DNA from: Asticcacaulis excentricus CB 48 | GTDB lineage: Bacteria; Pseudomonadota; Alphaproteobacteria; Caulobacterales; Caulobacteraceae | Direction of reading: 5' to 3' | Assembly (NCBI RefSeq): GCF_000175215.2 | Contig: NC_014816.1 | Location: forward strand, 1,618,843-1,650,842 | DNA length: 32,000 bases | In this document: piece by piece, positions 1 through 6,770 of the stretch | Layout: the number at the start of each line of letters is the position of its first letter | Numbering within the stretch: the stretch's first letter is position 1 | Made by a program: the position numbers and the translations under genes | The notes under the pieces: model-generated | Told to the model about the DNA's origin: nothing | Database searches by the model: none | The model's input: only the letters and a program-made list of their open reading frames with translations

Positions 1-149
1 GCCTCGTCACGCAAGCGCGCGGCGGTGACTTCGGGCGCTTCAGCAACGGCCGCAACCGGGGCCACGGGCTTGGCCTTCGGCTTGGCTAGGCCCGGGGTGG
101 TCACGCAACCCAACGCCGCGGTGACAAAAAGAAAAGCCTTGAGTTTCAT
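1..149 (-). CDS. Putative lipoprotein, N-terminal fragment; the gene continues beyond the left window edge
   Basis: Hand translation of the minus strand from the ATG at 149-147 gives MKLKAFLFVTAALGCVTTPGLAKPKAKPVAPVAAVAEAPEVTAARLRDE. This is a signal peptide ending in a lipobox-like A-L-G-C. The frame stays open to position 1. The start lies 2 nt after the stop of the upstream cinA-like gene (152-154), so the two look co-transcribed. The ORF is too short to appear in the ORF track. Confidence 0.5.
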   Translation of the reverse strand, partial: MKLKAFLFVTAALGCVTTPGLAKPKAKPVAPVAAVAEAPEVTAARLRDE

Positions 150-151
150 GA

Positions 152-955
152 TCAATCCTGGGTAACGAGTTCTTCAAAACGGGCTTCGGGAAAGCGTTCG
201 CGAGCCTTTTCGACCACGGCGGGCAGGCCGTCGAGCAAGGCCTTAAAGGCCTCATCGAGGGCTTCTCGATTTCGCCCCCGGATGACGAGTTGCGTACCGA
301 ACTCATCGGGGAAGATGCCGAAGGGGTAGGAACCCAGCGACAGGTCGGGATAGTGTTTGTCGAGCGCGCTCAGAATGTCCGCGGCAAGGCTTTCGGGCAC
401 GTAGGTCGCCTTTACGGTGCGCGCCTGCACCTGTTCGCCTTGGCGCAGACGCGGGGCCACATCATTGAGCATCCCGGCCATGATGCGCGGCACCCCTGCC
501 ATGACGAAGACGTTTTCGATCTGGAAGCCCGGCGCACCGGACACCGGATTGAGGATCAGCGACGCCCCTTCCGGTATCCTGGCCATTCGGCGGCTGTTGG
601 CATTTAGCAAACGCGCATCGCCGCCATAACGATCGAGTAGTATCTTTAACGCGTCCTCACGCTCGGCAATCGACAAGCCAAAGGCTTGCGCCACACAGTC
701 GGCGGTGATGTCGTCGTGCGTCGGCCCGATGCCGCCGGTGGTAAAGACGTAATCCGCAGCGCTACGCAATTCGTTGAGAGTACGAACAATCTGCGGCGCA
801 TCGTCGTGGATCATGCGCACTTCGATCAGGTCGATGCCCAATGCGCCTAGGAATTTGGCCAGCGTATTGACATTGGTATCCTGCGTGCGGCCCGACAGGA
901 TTTCATCGCCGATAATTATAACGGCGGCGGTGGGATTTTCTGTATTGACCGTCAT
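152..955 (-). CDS. CinA-like molybdopterin-binding (MoCF-biosynthesis domain) protein, without a PncC/NMN-deamidase domain
   Basis: 267-aa ORF with an ATG at 955. The N-terminus AAVIIIGDEILSGRTQDTNVNTLAKFL...TTGGIGPTHDDIT is the classic CinA/MoaB-type MoCF_biosynth signature. Confidence 0.85.
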   Translation of the reverse strand: MTVNTENPTAAVIIIGDEILSGRTQDTNVNTLAKFLGALGIDLIEVRMIHDDAPQIVRTLNELRSAADYVFTTGGIGPTHDDITADCVAQAFGLSIAEREDALKILLDRYGGDARLLNANSRRMARIPEGASLILNPVSGAPGFQIENVFVMAGVPRIMAGMLNDVAPRLRQGEQVQARTVKATYVPESLAADILSALDKHYPDLSLGSYPFGIFPDEFGTQLVIRGRNREALDEAFKALLDGLPAVVEKARERFPEARFEELVTQD

Positions 956-1004
956 TAGGCAGGCTCCTTATCACGACCCTGAACATAAGCACCGAGAACC
1001 GCTA

Positions 1005-1709
1005 ATGCTATTCGCGCACAGACTTACCCAAGGCCGTCTGGTGACGAGATACAAACGATTCTTCGCCGATGTCGAACTGGATACGGGTGCAACCGTCGTA
1101 AGCCATTGTCCCAATCCCGGCAAGATGCTGGGGCTCGTGAGACCTGGCACGCCTGCGCTTTTGACCAAAATAAGTGACCCGACGAAAAAGCTGCGCTGGC
1201 GGCTGGAGGCCCTGCGCGAAGGAGATACCTGGGTCGGGGTGAATACGCAGTGGCCCAACCAGCTGATCGGCGACCTTATCCGGGATCAACAGGTGCCCGA
1301 ACTGCGCGGCTACGCCAGTCAGCGTCCAGAGGTCCGATACGGGCACAATTCGCGCATTGACTGGCTATTGCAGGAGCACGCGCTTCAAGCGGAGGCTTGG
1401 GTCGAGATCAAAAACGTCCACTACAGCCGCGTCCCCGGACTCGCCGAATTTCCCGACAGCGTAACCGAACGCGGCGCCAAGCATCTCATGGAGCTGATCG
1501 GCCGAGTTGAGGCAGGCGCGCGCGCCGTGGTGGTCTTTTGCGTACAGCGTGACGATGTGTTTCGTTTTGACGTAGCGCGTGACCTCGATCTGGTATTCGG
1601 CCAAGCCTATTCAGCGGCGCGTGAGGCTGGCGTCGAATTTTTGGCCCACGCCTTTCGCGTCACGCCCGATGGCATTACCCACAGCCACAAGCTCGAGATA
1701 AAGGGCTAG
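1005..1709 (+). CDS. sfsA: Sugar fermentation stimulation protein / DNA-RNA nuclease SfsA
   Basis: The internal ATG at 1005 gives MLFAHRLTQGRLVTRYKRFFADVELDTGATVVSHCPNPGKMLG..., a typical SfsA N-terminus. The listed ORF start at 774 overlaps the divergent cinA-like gene and is not credible. Confidence 0.9.
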   Translation: MLFAHRLTQGRLVTRYKRFFADVELDTGATVVSHCPNPGKMLGLVRPGTPALLTKISDPTKKLRWRLEALREGDTWVGVNTQWPNQLIGDLIRDQQVPELRGYASQRPEVRYGHNSRIDWLLQEHALQAEAWVEIKNVHYSRVPGLAEFPDSVTERGAKHLMELIGRVEAGARAVVVFCVQRDDVFRFDVARDLDLVFGQAYSAAREAGVEFLAHAFRVTPDGITHSHKLEIKG

Positions 1710-3340
1710 ACCTCTTTGGCTTTATCAACGCGCCCACCCAGTTGCACCACCGCCAGAAGCGCCGGCATCAGTGCCGCTTCGTTACCGGATACCGCGAAGT
1801 AGATCGGCTTCCAGACCGGTTTGAACTTTTCCTTATAGGCGCGAAGACCGTCGAAGTTGTACATTTCACCGCCATAGGCGTAGATCAGGGCAGCGATCTT
1901 GTTCCACATGGGGCTTAAGGGGCGCGCCTCAAGCCCGCCCAGCGGGGCCATGCCGAGGCTGAACCACTGATAACCTTCATCGCGGGCGTGGAAAATTAGG
2001 CGCAGAAACAGATACTCCATGATATTGGGCGGGGCCTCCGGCGCATAGCGCATTAGGTCAAGGCTGAGCGAGGTCCGGCCTTCGGCGGCCCACAGATTGG
2101 CAAAAGCCATGATCTCATCGCCGATGCGGATGACGGCAATTGGCGTCAGGCGGATATAGTCCGGATCAAAATAGCCAAGAGAATAGCCCTTCTCCTTGCC
2201 TTTCTTTTCTTCCAGCCAGGCGTCGGAAATGGCTTTGAGACGCGGCAGATGGGTTTCCACCGCTTCGGGATGCAGCACTTCGAACTCTGCCTCGGCCTGT
2301 TCGAACTTACGCCACACCTGTCGGAAGCCGTAGCCTTTTTTTCCGGCCAGGTCGAAGCTCTGCACAGGCACCAGCGCCTCTTCACCGATCTTGAACGGCC
2401 TCAGCCCCAGATCAATGGCCAGAGGCAGGAACTCCGTCGTTACGCGGTAGATGGACAGCTTGGCATTGGCCAATGCCGCCATTTCCTTCAACCGCCAGCC
2501 CAGCTTTTCAACCTCTTCCGGCGGGCCGACCGGGGCCGATAGGACCACCCAGTTGCGACCTGCAACACCATACATGGCAAAGGCCGTGCGCGCCTCATTC
2601 CACAGGATATGCTTGTCACCGGTAAGCGCCAGCCAGGCCTGCGGGTCCTGAGCCAGCGAAACCACGCCGCGCAGATCCTCCATATCCTCATCATCGGGAA
2701 GGTCCGGCGCGGCGCGCGCCAGCCCGAACAGGCGATAAAGGGCAAACAGGGCCACTGTGATAGCGATGACGACCAGACCGCGCAGGAAGCGCGAGACGCT
2801 AGCCTCATAGGCAAAACGCTGCCACAGTTCATGGGCATAGGGCGTACGCTCATAGAAGTAAAAGCCCGCCGTGGCCACAAGAATCAGCACAGTCGCCGTC
2901 ACCAGCAGCCAGATCGGCTTAAGCGTCAGGGTCATCAGGCGGGAGCGGCGGTTAAAGGCGCGCTTGCACGGCAAGAGCAGTAGAGCGCAGACCACCATCA
3001 CTTCGGCTACGCCGAAGGCCAGTTCGCGCGTCATCGACAGGATGGCCCCGGCCACCAGCAGGCCCAGCGCCATGTACCAGGCCGAATCCAGACGTTCCCA
3101 CAGGCCGCGCGCTGCAAACAAAAGCAACACCCCGGTCGCCACACCCGCAACGTGCGACAGCTCAACCACCTCAAGCGGCAGCCACTGACGCACAAAGGGC
3201 ATGGCTTCGGGATCTATAGGCGACAGCACCGAAGCCAGTAGGAAGGTGCCGGCCAGCATCATCAATACCGCCATGATCTTGGGCACGGCGATGATGGCCA
3301 TGTCCAGCACAAGGGCTCTGATGTCTTTATGATGCTTCAT
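1706..3340 (-). CDS. Short MprF-like aminoacyl-phosphatidylglycerol synthase (6 TM segments plus a C-terminal synthase domain; no flippase module)
   Basis: The C-terminal roughly 330 aa carry MprF/LPG-synthase-type motifs: GYSLGYFDPDY, MEYLFLRLIFHARDEGYQWFSLGMAPL and YNFDGLRAYKEKFKPVW. Six hydrophobic helices are visible by eye in the first ~210 aa. I prefer the ATG at 3340 (MKHHKD), which is preceded by GAGGGG. A GTG at 3361 is the alternative start. Confidence 0.8.
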   Translation of the reverse strand: MKHHKDIRALVLDMAIIAVPKIMAVLMMLAGTFLLASVLSPIDPEAMPFVRQWLPLEVVELSHVAGVATGVLLLFAARGLWERLDSAWYMALGLLVAGAILSMTRELAFGVAEVMVVCALLLLPCKRAFNRRSRLMTLTLKPIWLLVTATVLILVATAGFYFYERTPYAHELWQRFAYEASVSRFLRGLVVIAITVALFALYRLFGLARAAPDLPDDEDMEDLRGVVSLAQDPQAWLALTGDKHILWNEARTAFAMYGVAGRNWVVLSAPVGPPEEVEKLGWRLKEMAALANAKLSIYRVTTEFLPLAIDLGLRPFKIGEEALVPVQSFDLAGKKGYGFRQVWRKFEQAEAEFEVLHPEAVETHLPRLKAISDAWLEEKKGKEKGYSLGYFDPDYIRLTPIAVIRIGDEIMAFANLWAAEGRTSLSLDLMRYAPEAPPNIMEYLFLRLIFHARDEGYQWFSLGMAPLGGLEARPLSPMWNKIAALIYAYGGEMYNFDGLRAYKEKFKPVWKPIYFAVSGNEAALMPALLAVVQLGGRVDKAKEV

Positions 3341-3401
3341 ACCCCTCACCTTACACGGCACGGGGATTCGCTAAAATCGTTTTCGCGGCGTAGTAGGACC
3401 G

Positions 3402-4142
3402 TCACCCCGCCTTACGGCACCAAGCGTCCTGAATAGACAACTGGTTGCACAGGCGTTCAGCCTGTTCGGGCGAATGTACGGGCCCGATGCGTAAGCGCAC
3501 CAGCGCCTGACCATTGGCGGCGGTGACCGGCTGTAGGATCGGCTTGAAATTATCAAGGCCCGGATGTTTGGCCCGCAGGTCGTGCCACGCCGCTTCGGCC
3601 ACCGCGCGCGAACTGAATGAGCCCACCTGAACGCTGCGGACCATTTGCTCTATACCGCTATCGGCGGGTTTGGCCGCGGGTTTGAGTACCGGGGCTTTCG
3701 TAACTTTTTCAGGCCCGGCCTTCATTAGCAGCTCTGTCGGGGTCCTTGTCTGAGCTGGCCTCGTCGCCGCAGAGGCAGACACGCCCGTCTCCAGCGGCGT
3801 ATCGGCGTCCGGCCGCTCCATATCGAGCGGATTGACCACGCGGATCAGGCTGCCGGTCTCCTTCTTGGGCATGGCGGCCAGCAGGCCATCTTTACCCGTC
3901 GTCAGTTCCTTCGCCGTTTCAAAAGCGAGTTGAATCGGTTCGTCACGCGTGGCGGAGGATGAAGTCTCCGAAGCGGATGCCCCTTGGTCACCCTTTCCTT
4001 CGATATCGATTTCCGCTAAACGCGCGGCCATCCGCTGGAAATCCTTGCCGTCGCCTTTGGGCATTTCGCACCCCGACAGCCCGGCCGCCACGCAGGCGAC
4101 GGTCAGCAGAGCCAGTCTTGAAACCGAAAAGTGAGAGCGCAT
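3402..4142 (-). CDS. SPOR-domain lipoprotein (peptidoglycan-binding, division-site type)
   Basis: The N-terminus is a signal peptide with the lipobox LSGC (MRSHFSVSRLALLTVACVAAGLSGC). The C-terminal ~75 aa, VQVGSFSSRAVAEAAWHDLRAKHPGL...ALVRLRIGPVHSPEQAERLCNQL, match the SPOR pattern. An AGAGGA Shine-Dalgarno sequence lies upstream of the ATG at 4142. Confidence 0.8.
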   Translation of the reverse strand: MRSHFSVSRLALLTVACVAAGLSGCEMPKGDGKDFQRMAARLAEIDIEGKGDQGASASETSSSATRDEPIQLAFETAKELTTGKDGLLAAMPKKETGSLIRVVNPLDMERPDADTPLETGVSASAATRPAQTRTPTELLMKAGPEKVTKAPVLKPAAKPADSGIEQMVRSVQVGSFSSRAVAEAAWHDLRAKHPGLDNFKPILQPVTAANGQALVRLRIGPVHSPEQAERLCNQLSIQDAWCRKAG

Positions 4143-4165
4143 AGCTTCATCCTCTCACAAGCCGT

Positions 4166-4180
4166 TTAAATCGTCGTTAG
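4166..4180. promoter_or_regulatory. Candidate CtrA-type box, TTAA-N7-TTAG (one mismatch to TTAA-N7-TTAA)
   Basis: The sequence ttaa atcgtcg ttag is read directly in the 57-bp AT-rich divergent region between the SPOR lipoprotein gene and panC. It is only a near match and only meaningful if the host is a CtrA-using alphaproteobacterium. Confidence 0.2.
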
Positions 4181-4199
4181 TAATTTTGGTTAATGCTCC

Positions 4200-5060
4200 A
4201 TGCCCGCTTCCGCTGCTTCTCCCCTGCCCCGCGTCCGCGATCTGAGCGCCCTGCGCGCTGCGGTTTCAGGCTTTCGCCACAAGGGACTGCGTATTGGCTT
4301 TGTGCCGACCATGGGCGCGTTGCACGAAGGGCATCTGGCGCTGGTGCGACACGCAAAAACCTTAAGCGACGTGGTGGTGGTTTCAGTCTTCGTAAACCCC
4401 AAGCAGTTTGCGCCGCATGAAGATTTCGACCGCTATCCGCGCACGGAGGACAAGGACGCGCAGCTTCTGGAAAGCGTCGGAGCGAACCTGCTCTATCTGC
4501 CGCGCGTCGATCTGATGTATCCCTCCGTCTTCGCTTCCAGCGTGCACGTCGAAGGCCCGGCGCGCGAACTTGAAGGCACGTTCCGCCCGCAGTTTTTTGA
4601 TGGCGTGGCCACCGTAGTGATGAAGCTGTTCAATCAGGTTCAGCCCGACGTTGCCATATTTGGCGAAAAGGATTACCAGCAGCTCCAGGTCGTAAAGACG
4701 TTTGTGCGCGATCTCGACCTGCCGGTGCAGGTGGTAGGGATGCCGACCGTGCGCGAAGCTGACGGCCTGGCCCTGTCGTCGCGCAATGCCTATCTCAGTG
4801 CCGATGAGCGCCAGAAGGCGGCGCGCCTGATCGTCGAACTGAACACCGTGGCGAAGGCCGTGCGGTCGGGGGGCCAGCGTGAAAAGGCGCTCAGCGCGGC
4901 GAAGGCCAATCTTCTGGCCGCCGGTTTTGGTCCGGTGGACTATGTGGAACTGCGCGACGCCGATACGCTGGCGATGGCGGACGCGCAGACACAAAACCTA
5001 CGCCTTCTGGCCGCGGCATGGCTGGGCAAGACGCGCCTGATCGATAACATTGCGGTTTAA
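4200..5060 (+). CDS. panC: Pantoate--beta-alanine ligase
   Basis: 286 aa. The sequence GFVPTMGALHEGHLALV (HIGH-type nucleotidyltransferase motif), the length and the overall pattern are typical of PanC. Confidence 0.95.
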   Translation: MPASAASPLPRVRDLSALRAAVSGFRHKGLRIGFVPTMGALHEGHLALVRHAKTLSDVVVVSVFVNPKQFAPHEDFDRYPRTEDKDAQLLESVGANLLYLPRVDLMYPSVFASSVHVEGPARELEGTFRPQFFDGVATVVMKLFNQVQPDVAIFGEKDYQQLQVVKTFVRDLDLPVQVVGMPTVREADGLALSSRNAYLSADERQKAARLIVELNTVAKAVRSGGQREKALSAAKANLLAAGFGPVDYVELRDADTLAMADAQTQNLRLLAAAWLGKTRLIDNIAV

Positions 5061-5064
5061 GGGA

Positions 5065-6213
5065 TTAGCCCGCGAACAGCAGCGTGTCCCAGATCATGCC
5101 GGAATAGTGTCTAAGTTCAAAGCGATAATCGGACCGCATGTCCCGAATCAGAGCGCTCAGGCGCAGGAGATCGTCGGATTTGTGATAGGCGCTGATGGCC
5201 AGTTTCGGACGATAGGTCTCAATCGTCCGGCGCATCCCTTCGAGGGCCGGCCCCTCGGCGCCTTCGATATCCAGCTTGACGAAGGTGACCTCCCCCAGAT
5301 CCAGCGCGTCAAGGGCGACCACCGGCACCTGAATGCTACCGTCGGCGTCGATGCGGCTCCCCATCGCACCGGTGGCTGAAAACCGCACCGTATCGGCGTG
5401 GCTCCACAGGCCCGCCGCGTGGCAGGTCACATGCGGCGTCGCAGCAAAAGCCGCGCTCAGGGCCGTGAAATTCTCTGGATCAAGTTCAAAAGCGTGCACC
5501 TGCCGGCATGGCCCGCCCAGATGCCCGAAGAAGGCGCGCACCGTGTCGCCATCATAGGCTCCGCCATCGACCAGCACATCGTTACGCGACGGCGGGCAAA
5601 GCGCATTATCGAGATAGATCTGATCATGCGGCCGCGTAATGCCGTCCAGCGCCGCCGCATCCCAGGTCAGACGATAGGCCAGAAGCGCCGACAGGGTGCG
5701 AAGGCTTTCGGCGTCCGTGAACAGCTCTTGCCCCAGACGATGGATGGCGGCCACCTCATCGCGGTCCGAAAAGGCCTGAAGCGCCGTAAACATGGCATTG
5801 CCGCTGAAGGTTTGCCCCAGCTTCGGCATGACCTCGAAATAGAACAGCAAAGGCCCCGGATGCGCGCCCCAGATAGCCTGAAAATGCTTGGCGGGTTTTT
5901 CCGAGCCGGCACAAATGACGCCGACCGCGTTGGGTGTCTTTGCCAAAAGCTGATCCAACGCCGCGTCACCAATCACCGGTAAGCCGTAAAGGCTCTGCCC
6001 ATCGCGCAGATTATCGACCACAGCGATAACATTCAGCCGCTCGCAGGCATAGCGAACAAAGCTCTGGGCCATTACTGAGCCCGCCCCCAGAAGTACCAGC
6101 GGCACGCGATCATAATCGAAATCGGACCGTGCCCGGCTTAAGGCGTCAAGCCGCGCCAGAAACCCGGCATCACCATAATCCACAGGCCCGTCCAACAATT
6201 CGCGATAACGCAT
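5065..6213 (-). CDS. FkbM-family methyltransferase with an N-terminal Rossmann-like extension
   Basis: The C-terminal half contains VDGGAYDGDT...FVKLDIEGAEGPALEGMRRTIETYRPKLAISAYH, the FkbM-family signature. The N-terminal ~150 aa contain LVLLGAGSVMAQSF...VIAVVDN, resembling a nucleotide- or CoA-binding fold. A GGAGGGA Shine-Dalgarno sequence precedes the ATG at 6213. Confidence 0.8.
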   Translation of the reverse strand: MRYRELLDGPVDYGDAGFLARLDALSRARSDFDYDRVPLVLLGAGSVMAQSFVRYACERLNVIAVVDNLRDGQSLYGLPVIGDAALDQLLAKTPNAVGVICAGSEKPAKHFQAIWGAHPGPLLFYFEVMPKLGQTFSGNAMFTALQAFSDRDEVAAIHRLGQELFTDAESLRTLSALLAYRLTWDAAALDGITRPHDQIYLDNALCPPSRNDVLVDGGAYDGDTVRAFFGHLGGPCRQVHAFELDPENFTALSAAFAATPHVTCHAAGLWSHADTVRFSATGAMGSRIDADGSIQVPVVALDALDLGEVTFVKLDIEGAEGPALEGMRRTIETYRPKLAISAYHKSDDLLRLSALIRDMRSDYRFELRHYSGMIWDTLLFAG

Positions 6214-6287
6214 CGACGTCCCTCCGCCCGTGACTTTCTCCGGGCGTCAATCCCCGGCGATTCGTCACCAGCTTAGCACAGTGATGG

Positions 6288-6686
6288 TCACCACGCCCCG
6301 GCATCGCGCAGGGCCGCGATCAGGTCCGCCGGTAGAGCCTCGCCTCCCGCCCCCTGCGGCAGGTCACGCGGCGAATCCTTGACCTCCAGATAGCGCCAGC
6401 CCTGAAAGGGACGACGTGGCTGCGGCTCGGTCAGGATATGTTCGGTCGAAACCGTGATCAGGCATTGCGGCAGGTCGCCTTCTACTGTGTCGATGGCCAC
6501 GATCGGCCGACGCACCAGAATGACGCCCTTGATCACCCAGTAGAGCGAGCCACCATCCAGCAGTTCCTCGGCACGTTTGGGCGTCTGGCGCGTATGGATG
6601 GTGCGGGTTTTGTGCCCCTGCTCCCAGCGGAGCAGATCATCGACCGTATCGGCCCCTACGCACAGCTTGACCAGATTAAGGCTCAT
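6288..6686 (-). CDS. DUF1489-family protein
   Basis: MSLNLVKLCVGADTVDDLLRWEQ...LYWVIKG... matches my memory of the alphaproteobacterial DUF1489 family. I prefer the ATG at 6686. A GTG at 6707 is the alternative start. Confidence 0.7.
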   Translation of the reverse strand: MSLNLVKLCVGADTVDDLLRWEQGHKTRTIHTRQTPKRAEELLDGGSLYWVIKGVILVRRPIVAIDTVEGDLPQCLITVSTEHILTEPQPRRPFQGWRYLEVKDSPRDLPQGAGGEALPADLIAALRDAGAW

Positions 6687-6770
6687 CAGATTGGTCTCTT
6701 CAACCACATTGGCAACAGCGCCCGCCGGGGCTATCTATGGGTAAGAGACTCATAATTCAAGGCCACCCGC

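Noticed and set aside
40-306. An 88-aa minus-strand ORF at the left edge.
   Set aside because: It overlaps both the cinA-like 3' end and the lipoprotein start in a different frame, and its sequence is Ser/Gly/Pro/Arg-rich with no motifs. The lipoprotein frame (1-149) has a proper signal peptide and is preferred.
774-1004. The 77-codon upstream extension of the sfsA ORF (listed start 774).
   Set aside because: The extension overlaps the oppositely oriented cinA-like gene, has no SfsA homology and has odd composition. The canonical SfsA N-terminus begins at the ATG at 1005.
6221-6246. A hairpin, CGCCCG-N10-CGGGCG, between DUF1489 and the FkbM gene, considered as a terminator.
   Set aside because: It has only a 6-bp stem and a 10-nt loop, and no U-tract follows on the transcribed (minus) strand. 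It sits next to the FkbM Shine-Dalgarno sequence. This is not enough evidence for a terminator or attenuator.
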